64,000 nucleotides of DNA from Microthyrium microscopicum (lineage: Eukaryota), in the NCBI GenBank assembly GCA_010405405.1, contig MU004230.1, positions 3,444,627-3,508,626 of the forward strand. Reading direction: 5' to 3'. How positions within the stretch are numbered: position 1 is the first letter of the stretch; each line of letters starts with the position of its first letter. The notes beneath the pieces were generated by a model. That model saw only the letters and a program-made list of their open reading frames with translations, was not told the DNA's origin and did no database searches. Below are positions 47,232 through 59,800 of the stretch, one piece after another. Position numbers and translations under genes: made by a program.

Positions 47232-49556
47232 CTAAAATGGAAAATTTGGCCTCGCCACAAGCAGCGCGAATACACCACCCATTACTGGTCTAGCAACAAA
47301 AGTAACAGGACCATCCGGGTTCCTTCCATAACCACCATCGATCGTATCGTAGAGATCCGACCAAGGACGACTCGTAGTTGTAGCTTGCAGCCAGCTCACT
47401 ATATCTTTGATGAAGATATCTCTTGTAGCTGGAGACACTGATGCTGCAGCGTATATTTCCCAATCCGCTAAACACAGAAATTTAGCAAGTGAATGTGGAA
47501 GAAGGAAGCTGCTTACTCTTGGTGTAGCTGTGCCTCGTATCCAGTGGCACGCCGAACCTCTGCTTGACGGTGGGATAGAACTTGTCTTGCATTTTATACA
47601 CCGACTTTGGCACAAGATTGAGATTTAGCTCAAGATCAGCCCACAAATTGTACAATAGTCCATGGGAACTTGAGTCTCCATAGTTCAGTGTCGTATGTGG
47701 CGGATTCTGATCTTTCGCAATACCATAGCCTTGCCACTTATTGATGTAGTCTTTCGCAATGGCGTCATATTTAGCACTGTCGCTTTGCTTACCGACCAAC
47801 TGAGCTATGGCAGACATGGCTTTGATGCCAATGATACCTTTGAGAGCAAGATTCGTTTGATTCTGCAGGCGGCCGGCAAAGTCATCGGTCGACAATTGAG
47901 TCGCCGGGATGAGTGAGTCTGTGACGAGATAGGAAGTCCATTGTGCGAGAATGGAATAGTGTTTCTGTAAATAGGAGTTGTCTTTGGCTTTTTGGGCGTA
48001 GGCGAGTGTCATGACTAGCATGTCTCCGCATTCTTCGACGGGCATTTCTTCGTCTTTGCCATCTGGGTGACCGGTTGCATTGGGATAGTTGCTTCCTAGA
48101 TCGTGCATTGAATATTTGTTGGGATAGTGGCCAGATTCTTGGTTTTCGAAAAGAGGATCCAGTAACATCTTCAGCAAATCCGGATTGAAGTAGTTGAGCA
48201 GTGGATGCATGGGGAATATCACATCCACGGTCTGGGTGTTGCCGTCCGAGGAAATCTCCTTACAGAAGAAGAATAGTTTGTCTTTTGTGCCTACGAATTG
48301 AGTAGATCCGAACGCTTGTCTTACAGCTAGTGAAGTTATTGTCGCATAATCTTGACCTGCAACTGCAACTGAGTCTGATTGAACCTGAACATCCAAGGCC
48401 TTGGAGAGAATGCTACTAGTAATGAAATCGTTGTGAAAGAATGCCACCTGTGTGATTATGTTAGTCAAAAGCATTCTCAGAGACCAAAATTACTGTACCG
48501 CATCCGACGCCTTGTCCCAAAAAGTCTTCCAGTATGATTTTAGCACCTGCAATCCATTGGATCCAACAAATTGAGCAGCATTGTCCTGATACAAGCCAAT
48601 CGAGAATAGCGCACGCTTCTGGACACCGCCGAGTTTTCCAAAATCCTTAGCAAAGGCGAAGACTGGCCAGTTGTCGTCAATGTTCCTGTAACGACTATCC
48701 ACGGTATTGGGAAGTTGGCCATTGTTTGCAAAGGTTGATCGAGCAATGGTATCAGCCGCAGCCTGATATGTCATTTCATCCGTCTTGTCAGTTGTGTAGT
48801 AGACATCTCCCCAGCTGGCCATTCCGTTCCCATCGTTACCACTTTCAGCGAATTGAAGTTGTTGTTGTCTCCATACTTTGAGGTATTTCAGATTTCCAAC
48901 ATCCCCATCGTCCCATTGAGCAGGAACGTTTCTTTCCCCAGATGCCCATTCTAGTTTTGTTAGTACGGGGACTCCACACATCTGGCGAACTGAACCTACC
49001 CGCGGTGATATCTGAATAGATCTGGACATTGTGAGTTCTTCCATCGATAGACCTTGCTTTGACTTCCATATAAGATGCCACCAAGGATTGACGCTTGTAG
49101 TCTTTTGGCGTGATAGGTGATAGAAAGTTGATGACAAGTTCTACCTTGTTATCCACGTTCATGGTGAACACGGATTGAGTAGATGTCCAAGTCAAAGAAG
49201 TTTGGTTTACAGCCGGATAGTTGGCCCATCCCATCCATTGCCAGGTTTTGCCATCAACTCGAATCAAGCCTTCCCATCCAGTGACTTTGTCTCTGTTCGA
49301 TATGTTAGTTGCCATATTCTTTCAATGAGATAGATTCATAGAATGAGACCAATACTTACGACCAATGAACAGGCCAAGTGCCTGCTAGATATCCTCCATT
49401 GCCTCCATCGACGCCAGCTTTCAACCACGTACTTAGATACGGCGATTTAACAGCAAGAGGAATAGCTGGCGGTCTCAACGGCGTAAAAGATCCCGCTTCA
49501 ACTAAAATACATAGACTGAGTAAACTGCATAGCAGCATAGACAGAGAAGAGTACAT
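47232..49556 (-). CDS. gtaA: Secreted glutaminase A (GtaA) family protein, multi-exon
   Basis: Signal peptide, then FTPLRPPAIPLAVKSPYLSTW, KEISSDGNTQTVDVIFP, MHDLGSNYPNATGH, MPVEECGDM, QLSTDDFAG..NQTNLALKGIIG and FVARPVMGG. Confidence 0.92.
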
Positions 49557-50768
49557 AGTGTGCGATCAATTCTCCATTGACAACCAGACTAACTGCGAGA
49601 ACTTTTGAAAATAGAATTCGGAATAAATGATTATGCTTATATCCACATTAGTAGTAGAGACAAACGCAAGTCAAGTCAAGTGATGAGCCAGCTCAGTAAC
49701 CTGACGTGAGCACGAGAGACATATGGTTGTCCAAGGTTTCAACAAACCATCTGAACAACTGGAAACTATGGAAACTACTAGTGGTCAAGCTAGAAACGGT
49801 ATAACTAGCTATAGAGCAATCCATGTCCTGGTCGTATAAAGATTGGCCCGAATAGAATACTTTAAACCAATTACGCCTCGGGAGCGTATATGACAGTGGC
49901 TACCGTTTGTTCTTAAAGCTTGAAGAGAGCAAGGAAGTTCCCAGGGCCAGCCGACGAGCCGAAATTAATAGCATTGTTTATCCAGATTTGTCCCAGATTT
50001 GGGATTAGCAGCCGCATTCTAATTGTCCTCGACTAGACTGGAGGCTTTGGGCGGTAGTGATATGGAGCGCTTACAAGTAACATCCAAGGCGAAGATGCAA
50101 ACGCATAGGATCAGCTTACAGACCCTGCTCAAGCGGCTCATGTTTCCGTCGAAAGAGGTAAAGATTGAGCAGGATGGAGGCACGGGGCAAGGCGCGGGAT
50201 CTGTTTGTTGAACATATGGTGTAATGAAGGTGCAAACAACACTGAATAGATTAAATGGCATGCGCATAGACCGCAGGGGATGGGTTGATATAGCGCGCAA
50301 TGACTTCTTTGGGTGGGGAAGTTGGAAAAGGTCTGATGAGCTAGAGAATGCCATGGCGGTTACAACTTGGCAGATATGTAGTGAGACGAATGGATTACCA
50401 TTACCAAGAGTTGTATGAGAATAGGCTTGTGATGAGGAAGAATGACGGTTTACGTTGGATGTCTTGAAGTTGGGCGAAACGATACATGGATTCTGGCGCT
50501 AGACCTAATTGAGATTGCATGATCCGTCTGGTTGCAACTTTTTGTGTCCGACCGCATCAATGCCACTCGACGTGATACACAAAGGCAGCGCGCAGTTCCC
50601 CTCCGATTCGAGCTAGGCTACAGGATCAATTGATCAAGTATGAGATCACGACTCCGTTCAACACCACCAACTAATCAGAATCCCCAGAAATTCCACATAT
50701 CATGAACAACGAACGAACCTCTTAACAACACCAACTCCATCACCAACTTCCCCAACACCACAATCACA

Positions 50769-51635
50769 ATGACAACTCCCAAACTCTCCCGAATACGCCT
50801 CCCCCTTTCTCCCAAGCCCACCCTCACCAACTCCACAATCCGCTCCCCCACCGTCCGGCATCACACAACCTCAACAATCAACACCTCCGAAATCAACCAC
50901 TTCAACGCCCTCGCCTCCTCCTGGTGGGATCCCCACGGCCCATCGCGCCTCCTACATCTAATGAACCCACCCCGCCACACCTTCCTCCGATCCTGTCTCG
51001 CCTCGCACCCCACCCAGCCCTCCAAAAATCTCCATCTCCTCGACGTCGGCTGCGGCGGCGGCATCTTCGCCGAATCCGCCGCCCGCCTGCCCCATTTCTC
51101 CAGCATAACAGCAATTGACCCCTCGCCCTCCGTCCTAACCGTCGCACAAGCCCACCTCGCCCTCGACCCACCCCTCCACGCCACCAACAAACTCACCTAC
51201 CTACAAAGCTCCATCGAAGACCTACCGCGCACCAAACAATACGACGTAGTCTCCATGTTCGAAGTGCTAGAGCACGTATCGAACCCCTCAAATTTTCTGC
51301 GCGAAGCAACCCAGCGGGTAAAGCCGGGCGGTTGGATAGTAGGGAGTACGATAGCGCGGACGTGGACGAGTTGGGTGGTGACGAATGTTATTGCGGAGGA
51401 GGTGTTGGGGGTTGTGCCGCGGGGGACGCATGATTGGCGGAAATATGTTAATGAGTATGAGTTGAGGGCTTGGTTTGTCAAATTGACTGCTGGTACGGAT
51501 GTTGGGGGGATGGATGGTGGGAGGTGGGATTTTAGGAGTCAGGGGGTGGTTTATGTGCCTGGGTTTGGGTGGAGGGTTGTTGAGGGGGGAGAGAAGTTTG
51601 GTAATTACTTCTTTGCGGCGAGGCGGATGGAGTGA
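50769..51635 (+). CDS. COQ3: Ubiquinone biosynthesis O-methyltransferase Coq3 (UbiG family), mitochondrial
   Basis: Intronless ORF with EINHFNALASSWWDPHGPSRLLHLMNP, LDVGCGGG (SAM motif), FEVLEHV and VPRGTHDWRKY. Confidence 0.95.
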   Translation: MTTPKLSRIRLPLSPKPTLTNSTIRSPTVRHHTTSTINTSEINHFNALASSWWDPHGPSRLLHLMNPPRHTFLRSCLASHPTQPSKNLHLLDVGCGGGIFAESAARLPHFSSITAIDPSPSVLTVAQAHLALDPPLHATNKLTYLQSSIEDLPRTKQYDVVSMFEVLEHVSNPSNFLREATQRVKPGGWIVGSTIARTWTSWVVTNVIAEEVLGVVPRGTHDWRKYVNEYELRAWFVKLTAGTDVGGMDGGRWDFRSQGVVYVPGFGWRVVEGGEKFGNYFFAARRME

Positions 51636-51885
51636 GGGAGCAGAGATGAGATGGGAAGGGTGTGGAATGTGTACTATTATCACCTGTGTTTGTATCACTA
51701 CATGGAAGAGAAGTCTATGGAGATATGCTAGATTAATGTTACATAAGATTGGACTATACAAAATCCTTTACATGCAATTGAGGTTTTCCCAATCCTCTAC
51801 GCCATTGAACAATCCCCCAAAACGCCGCAGAAGGGATATGCGCTATGAAAGATGTAAAGAGTGACTGGGTTGGGAAGCATCATCA

Positions 51886-53603
51886 CTAGAACTTCCGTAG
51901 TTGTGCCTTTTGTCGATCGCGTACTTCCTTCAAGACTTTGTACGTATCATCCAAACTTGCCATCTGCTCTTCGATTGGCAAATCACTCGTCCCATTTGTC
52001 CGGACCATGGCGACCGTGAGATCTTCACGAATGTAGTCCAGATTTGACTTCATCAGAAGCAATTTTTGACCAAAGTCCTTCAGCACATCTTTATGCTGCG
52101 TGGTCTGCAATCGCACAGTGCCCAACAAATCCCTGTTCTTCTCGAATTTGGTCAACGCATTCTTGCGAGGCCCCATAATGCGGACCCACGCAGAGCTCAG
52201 CAGCTCGTTTTCTTCTGCGTCTTGCTGGTCGACTTCATGGAGAGCGGTGGTGGCGAGATTTTGATAGATTTTGTCGATATCTTCGAATTTTTGATACAGG
52301 AGCATGGCGATTTGAAGCTGTGTGCTGATAGAGCTTTCGACAGCGTTTAGAACTTCGTCAAATGTATACTTTAGTTTTTGGCGGTTGCGTTGGGCGGTGG
52401 TGCCGCGGAACATGAATTGCATCATGTGGCCGACTGGATTTGGAGTGCCGTCACGGTATTCTGAGATGCCGGCTTGGCTGAGCATTTCTTGGAGATTGTC
52501 TGTTATTGTGGTCATGGATCCTGGCTGTGTTGGTTCTAGACGGTCTAGGTATCGTTTTGCCCAATCCATCATGTAAATGATTCTATGCTAATCAGTAAAA
52601 TGATGGGAGATACAGAATCGATTCACTCACCCATCTACATCACCTTCAACTTTGGAAAAGAAATCAGTCAGATCGATGACTAGCTTCTTCATGATTTCTG
52701 ACACTGTGTAAAGATCGTCTGCAATCTCCTTGCTCTTGTTCAAATTGGAAGCGTATTGAACACTTGCGCCGAGATCATAGACGGCATAACCTGTCGTCTG
52801 TAGCTGATTGATTTGCTTCCGTCCTGAATCAGTGTGATAAATCAACGGCTCAAATGTCTTTGCGACCTCGGCAACCTTTAAAAGGTTGGGAACTGGAGGT
52901 GGGCTTGGTGCGCCCAGTAGCATTTTGAGGGTCCAGTATGCCAATATGACAGTAATGAAAGCATACATGAGTGATTTGGAGTTGAATATAACAGAGTCTA
53001 CCTTTTCGCGCAACCATTGTAAGGCTGATTCGAATGGCTCGGTTCGATGCTGGACTTCTGCTCTGACAGCGAATCGTATAACTAGAGATGTTAATCGATG
53101 CTTGTTCGGTTGTTGGCTAAATACTCACAGTTATTGGGAAGTTCTGGCTGGGCAGATGCATCTCGGTCAAGTGTTGAATCTCTTCTTCTCCGTTGAAGTG
53201 AAGCAACGCTTTGTTCTCTGTGTTGATCTGGAGTTGGCTCGACACTGTAAAGAGGAGTGCCTTTCTCTGGCGAAACCGGTAGCGGGACATTTGCAGGAAT
53301 CAAAGTGATGTCAATGTCCTCATCCTCGGTGCCAGTTCTTCGACTTCGGCTTCGCGATTTTGATTTGCGTGGAGTATTGTGTTGTTGCCAGGCGCTAGTT
53401 CCCTTGCGCCATGCTGGTGGTGACCATGGAGTAGAGGATCGTTCTGATTCTGCTTCCGAATCCTCTGACCGGTAGTGCGATCGCGTTGATACCATTGAAT
53501 GCGCCGGGAGGTACTGATCAGGGTCGAAACTCTCAAGTGATACAGCCAGAGATCCAGGATCGTCCAGATAATGGTCGATTTCGGTGGCGCTTCTCGACAT
53601 CAT
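51886..53603 (-). CDS. Conserved fungal hypothetical protein (disordered N-terminus, one TM segment, long coiled coil)
   Basis: Three collinear minus-strand ORFs (53091-53603, 52627-53013, 51886-52572) joined by canonical intron signals. Motifs PWSPPAWR and PPVPNLLKVAEVAKTFEPLIY. Confidence 0.75.
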
Positions 53604-54464
53604 GGTGGGATATGGATTGTATATTCAAGTATGAACAAAGAGTGCATGCGCAACAGTCACCGTTTGCGCCTTTGTAATCCTTTGTATGGGGCGCTCAGAA
53701 CATTCGTAGTTGAGACAATGGCGATTGTGATAACAGTGTCCGCAAGGCTGAAAGATGTCGTCCCAGGCACGATATATCTTCTCAGATGTTGTTCAGGGGC
53801 AGCAATGGGATTTGGTGAGTCGACAGTATATCCAAACTGGGGAGTGAATTTGATGCAAGAGGTACAGTAGCAGTTGGGCAAGACGTGGGGTTAAATTGAA
53901 ACAAGAGAGGCTGGGCTGAATGCTGGCACTCCTCGCAAGGGATATCATCGATTGGATGAAAACGCATCTCCCAGACATACGCTACTGCAGGCTTCAAGTC
54001 GCGGGAGTTGACTTGGTGTTGAATGTCTTTGGAGTCTATCACCACTTGATTCTCTACCATATCGTCTGATCTCAGAGTTCCGGTCATGATCAGAAGTATT
54101 GGGTTGCTCTTGCTCTTTAAAGTCAATCGCTCTTTCCCATCTTGAGTGTTGTACCTTCCCAGAGTTGGGTAGTGCCTGCCCTGGCAGCCTTGCGCGACCT
54201 CAACCCCTCCTTAATGATTGGTGATAGCCAACCCTTGTCTCCAGAGGTGCCTGATAAAATGAACACTGGCTAGCAGCACTATCTACGACTAAGACAGGCT
54301 TGCATTCTATCAGGCCCATTCAACAGCTTCAGCATCTCAACTTTGCCCGGTGATCCTGGCCTGAATAGAGTTTCAAGAACATCTTCTGCCCTGGCTGCTC
54401 GCAGCTACAGAACCATCCGTCCATATTCTTTTCCGTCTTCATACCCATCGTGTCGCCCGCAATC

Positions 54465-55945
54465 ATGGCCTCAACTGTTGATGCTAAGCTACTCAAGGCC
54501 ACCAAATTCCCTCCTTTCTTCAATGAAAAGGTCGACATGCAAAAGGTCAACACTCAGGTCATGAGAAAGTAAGCTTGCTACTCTTGTTTGCATTGCTATC
54601 TTGCTAATCTTTCCCAGATGGATTGCCAATCGCATCTCTCAAATCCTTGGGGAGGACGACGATGTTACTATCGAGTTGTGCTTCAACCTACTCGAGGAAT
54701 CCCGACACGTCAGTCTCACATACCCTCCAAATCATACATATCATGCTGAAAATGTTTAGCCCAATATTAAGCACCTTCAAATCCAGCTTACCGGGTTTCT
54801 CGAGAAAGATACCCCAGCATTCTGTGAGGAGCTCTGGAAGCTATGTCTGAGCGCACAGTCTAGTCCACAAGGTGTGCCAAAAGAGCTTCTCGAAGCCAAG
54901 AAGCTGGAGCTTCGCCAGGAAAAGGTTAGACTGATTTCATTGCTGAGAGACTAAAGTTGCTAATCTATCCAAGCTTGAAGCAACAAAAGCCGCCGAAGAA
55001 GCCAAACGCCGCCGCGAAGAGGATCGAATCCGAGAGCTGGATCTGAATAATATGCGACAGCAAGAACGAGGCGATCGATCTCGAGGACGAGGAGGCTTTG
55101 GCAGAGACCGACGTGGATCCCCGAGAAGAGATAGGTCACCACGCCGTCGGCGAAATAGTCCTCCACCAAGAGCGTTCGATACCTATGTCCCCCGAGGCAG
55201 TACGCGCAGAGACGACAGACCAAGACGACCTGTGCGTAGGTCTCGTAGTCGAACTCGAAGTCCTCCTCCTCCAATTCGCAGCCGGCGAGATAGATCTCCA
55301 TCAGCACGTTCTTCTGTTCCTCGTAGTCCAAGTCCACGTCGAGACCGTCGTCGCTCTAGCCGCCATTCTTCGCCTCGTAGCCAGTCTGTCTCACGTTCAC
55401 GCTCACCACCACGAAAAGCTCGTAGACGCTCTCCTTCACCTACATCCTCTCGCTCGCGATCTCCCGCCCCGCGTCACAAAAAGCGTCGCGATCGCTCACC
55501 TTCGCGCAGTGTCTCCCGAGAGCGCTCTAGATCTAGATCCAGGTCCCTTACTCTCCGTACAAAGCGCCGCTCACCTAGTCCCAGACGCCGCCGCCTCTCT
55601 CACGATCGCCGCCCCTCTAAGCGTCAACCGCGCAGCGTCACACGCTCTGCTTCTCCCTCCTCTCCTCCAGCTCGGCGCAGCCGTTCCCCTTCTTCACGCT
55701 CAGATGGTTCACGCGCTGACACATCTCGCAAGGGCCCTACTCGTAAAGACAAACGCGATCGGGCAGCAAGCTCAGGTGCTAGTCGCTCAGTGAGCCGATC
55801 ACGTTCGCGCTCCCGTTCACCGCCTCGTAAACGACGACGGTCACTACAACGTTTTGCTCCGCGAATGAAAAGACGAGGCGCAGATGATGAGGATGAGCTC
55901 TCGGCACCGAAGAGGCATAATACTTCTTCTGGAGAGTCAGATTGA
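54465..55945 (+). CDS. SRRM1: PWI-domain SR-related splicing factor (SRRM1/SRm160-like)
   Basis: ATG 54465. Spliced translation MASTVDAKLLKATKFPPFFNEKVDMQKVN|WIANRISQILGEDDDV|PNIKHLQIQLTGFL..LWKLCLSAQSSPQGVP, followed by a long RS-rich tail. Confidence 0.92.
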
Positions 55946-56835
55946 GGCGCAGAAGCCCTTTCCCCCTGTTGGTGATGTGCATACAGGACAAGATGAAAAC
56001 GGGCGTGATGAACATATCAACATGAGCGATTGCAAGGGAGATGTAAAAACAACTGGAATGCCCAGTTCTGACGTTAAGGATATAGCGTGATATGCTCCGT
56101 ATGATGTGTATATCCTTAGGTGAAGGGTAATGTAATACAGTTATGCTAGCTACACAACTACGTATACATATTTTCCCTTTCATAAACCTCATCCACATAT
56201 TGTACTAAGATTTCTAATATTGATCGTTTGCCTGAGTTCCGATCCCAACGCGTATGCTAGTATGCTCCTTCTGATTCGGTGGGAGAGCAGAGCTGTCAAT
56301 TTGACGTATTCCTTAAGCCGAAAGCGATAGAATAGCCGGCGACCGCGTTGCGAGTTTAGTGTTTGCAGCGTACCTAGTAGCAATGAATCAAAAACCTCAG
56401 ATGTATTGTAGTGTATCTTGTCGTGCTGATGACCTGGCGTTATAATTCAAAGTACCACTTGAACTAAAGCAAGCATATCAAGCCCAAAAACGAATATGAA
56501 TTGATCATGGAATTACAAACATATATGCTCCCAGCAAAAATGCCACAGTACCCGAACCCACTACGCCTATCAAACAGAGCATATCATTCTGGATTGTGAC
56601 CAGATCATCATCATTGCCTCATTCGATCTCGTAGCATGAACAAGAAAACAATTACAACACTCGCACGCATGATAGAGTAGGAAAGAAGAAGCTTTGTACA
56701 AACAGAAACACAAACAGACATAAGGAAAAAAAAAGCCACACAGCACGTATGCTGCAGCAAAGAGAATGAATTCATGATTCGCAAACAAACAAAAAAGGAC
56801 AGATTCGTAAACACAACACTTTGCTCCCGGCCAAA

Positions 56836-59800
56836 CTAATGATGGCTCTCGACGATACTTGCCGGATCCATCTTCTCCATCAGCCGTCTCTCGCGCCTAC
56901 TCTCACTGTTTGCGCGCTTATGGCTACTTGTTGTTGAGCCGGCCAAACTACTCGTGGTGGAGGGATGGAAACTTGCGCGCTTATACCTCGATGCGGCTGT
57001 GCCCCATTGACTGGCTAGTCCACCTACGCTGACTTGTGCGCGTTCACGTGGCAGTTGACCCACATCGTGTTTGCCTGCGGGGAGAAGATGTTAGGAAGGG
57101 TTGGGAAGGGTTGGTTAAGGAGGGTCGGTGGTTTAGGGGTTAGTGGCGGTAGCGCCGAGGAATGGTAGAGGGAGGAATGAAAAGGGAGTAATTACCGTCG
57201 CAGCAGGCGCGCACGTTTTCCATGCGAAGAGGATCACGTGTGTGCGTTGTTTGGCTATGGGTGGGAATGTTGTCTGTGGAGGAACGCTCGGAGATTTCAG
57301 CGCCGGTGCTTGTTTCAGGGATATGGCGGACGGTGGAGGCGACTGAGGAGCGGCTGCGCAGAGAGGCTTGAGGAGTGCGGAAGACTTGAGAGATGCGGCT
57401 AGAGAATGAGGCGTGAGGTTGGGCTGATTGGGAGCGTACAGTGGAGCCCATCTGGGCAGTGGGACGGAGAGTTGGATAGTGACGCGATGAGGCGGTGGTG
57501 CGGCTTGCGTAGGACATTTGGGAGACTCGCGAACGATGTGTGGTACGTGATGAGGACCGAACATTGGGATCGAAGTCGGCGAGATCATCGGCAGTAATAT
57601 CGTCCTCTTCCTCAGCTTCATTGCCGGATTGACGTAGGAGTAGATAGGAGAGGGCGTTGATCCAGATTTTATGGGTCTCGGCGGTCTCGGCGGTTAGCTT
57701 GACCTGTCGAGCCGGAGTGAAAACCACAATAGATTGGTGATGGAGACCAGGAGGGGATTGATTATCGTCATGAACTTCTTGGACAGAGACAATAGCAACA
57801 GAATTAGCCTTGCCTTTCTTGGCTAGCGATTCGTTTGCTTGTTCCTTTGACCAGTAAAGCGCCAGAGTATACGGATGTACCCAGAAGAATCGCTTGTGTC
57901 GGCTTGTCTTTCCTTTGTATTTCCACAACCACGCACCAAGCATGGTGGTTGTCAGGGCTCTAAGCATCTTAGGATCGGTGCCTTGCATTGACATGCCCAT
58001 GTTGCCTCCTTGACCAATGTTGAACCGTTCGTCTAGCTCAGATGCAAAAGAAGAGACGGATGACCGACGTGTGGCAGGCGAAGACATTCCACTACGGACC
58101 GCAGAACTATTCGCTCCAACTTTTCGGCCACCGACAGGTGTTGAAGGTCGGAAAATTGTAGCAGTGCCATGGTTACGCTTGTAAGCGGACGCGGGCATGA
58201 GAGGAGGACCCATGGCTATTGGTGGAGGAGGCATTGCACCTGGTGCGGCTGCTTTATCTGAACCGCTGGACTGTAACGATGCTCGCTGGGCTGCAATAAC
58301 TTGCTTGGCTTCAGCTGGTAGAGGTGGAGGAGGAGAAAATCCACTTCGATTGCTTCCTGCACTTCCTGGTCGTCGTATGGGATCTCGAGATTTACGAGGA
58401 CTCGTGTTGCCAGCGATTTGGGCAGCTGGGATATCTCGTGAACCTGATGATTTCAATAACCGATCCATATCTTTTGCCGAAAGCACGGTCTGGGTAGATT
58501 CATTGGTGATATCAGCTGCAGGCATGTTTTCGGAAGCCGGTGCCAGTACAGCTTGGGCATTACCATCAACTGCTTGGAATGGAACTCTGGAATCGCCGTG
58601 ACTTGAGCCAGGGGTAGAATCAGCTGCCAAACCTCGCTCACTGCTTGTTGAATCTTCCGCAACGATAATAGGTTCCGATTTGTCGCGGCTGCGCTTGAAT
58701 ACAGAGCCGAAGCGTCCAAAGCTTGATTTGGAAGGAGTGATTGCCGCTTGAGAAGCTTGAGCTACCAGGACAGGAGCGGGTGCAATCGCTGACATTGGTC
58801 GAGTTTCCTGTGACATGATTGTAGATTTCGAGTGAACCGGATGAATGCTTGGGACTCCAAATGCCTCATCAGCCTTTTCGCCAAAGACTGGAGCGCTATC
58901 CTGTGTCATTATATCAGAGAACTCCAGTATTGGCTCGGTAAACTGCGGTTCCTTTGAGACAGGATAGCTGACTGCAGGTAGTACCGACTCCGGAATTATG
59001 GGTTCTGGTGTAACAGGCGCGGTGTGCAACGATTTAATGGCAGCCATACCAAGAATTGGAATATGCTGTTCAGCCTCAACAGGTGGAGTATGTTGATGTA
59101 CAAATGAAGATGAGATCAGCTGTGGAATTGGCGTTGATGGCGCTGCAATTGGCTCTGTACCCTGAGATGTGATGGCAGTCTTCTTCAATTGCACAACTAG
59201 TGCTTGAGGCTCCGTAGCTTGTGACATTATTGACGAGGCCTTCAATATTATATTTTCTGGCTTCATTTCCGGCTCTGGTTCTGGGATTGGAACAGGAACG
59301 ACAGCGACAGGAGTAATTGGCGCTAGAGGTTCCGTCTCTTGCGATATTATCGAAGAAGGATTGAATGCTGAAAGTTTTGGTTCCACAACAACTGGTGCAA
59401 CAGGCTCGCTATGTTGAGAAACAAGGACAGATTGCACAAATCGTACGGATTTTGGAGCAATAGTCGGTGCTGCGATAGGCTCTGTGCTTTGAGATTTGAT
59501 TAAACTTTTGTTGAGATTTTGGGGTGGTGCACGATACTCAATTTTGATCTCTGGCTCTTTTGCATGTTCGGAAGCTTGGTGCTCAACTCCAGCACCAACA
59601 AGAGCACCAGCAATACCAAGGCCAGCTGCCTCAAGCAAAGACGGAGCGGACTTTACTGGTGGCTCGGGAAGATCATCAGTCATGGTTGCCATATCAGCCA
59701 TTGCTGGTATCGTTTCGTGAGACTCGCGGAGTTTGCTAGGCACAGTAGTCTTGCGAACCGCCTCTGGGCTATTGAATCTCGAGGAACGAGCTCCTGTGCT

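Noticed and set aside
36478..49556. KGD1, aminotransferase and GtaA as a 2-oxoglutarate/glutamate gene cluster
   Set aside because: Unrelated genes (HHE protein, ING protein) are interspersed and there is no evidence of co-regulation; the proximity is likely coincidental.
57085..57145. Telomere-like TTAGG/TTAGGGG fragments
   Set aside because: There is no tandem TTAGGG array; the sequence is better described as a G-rich intron.
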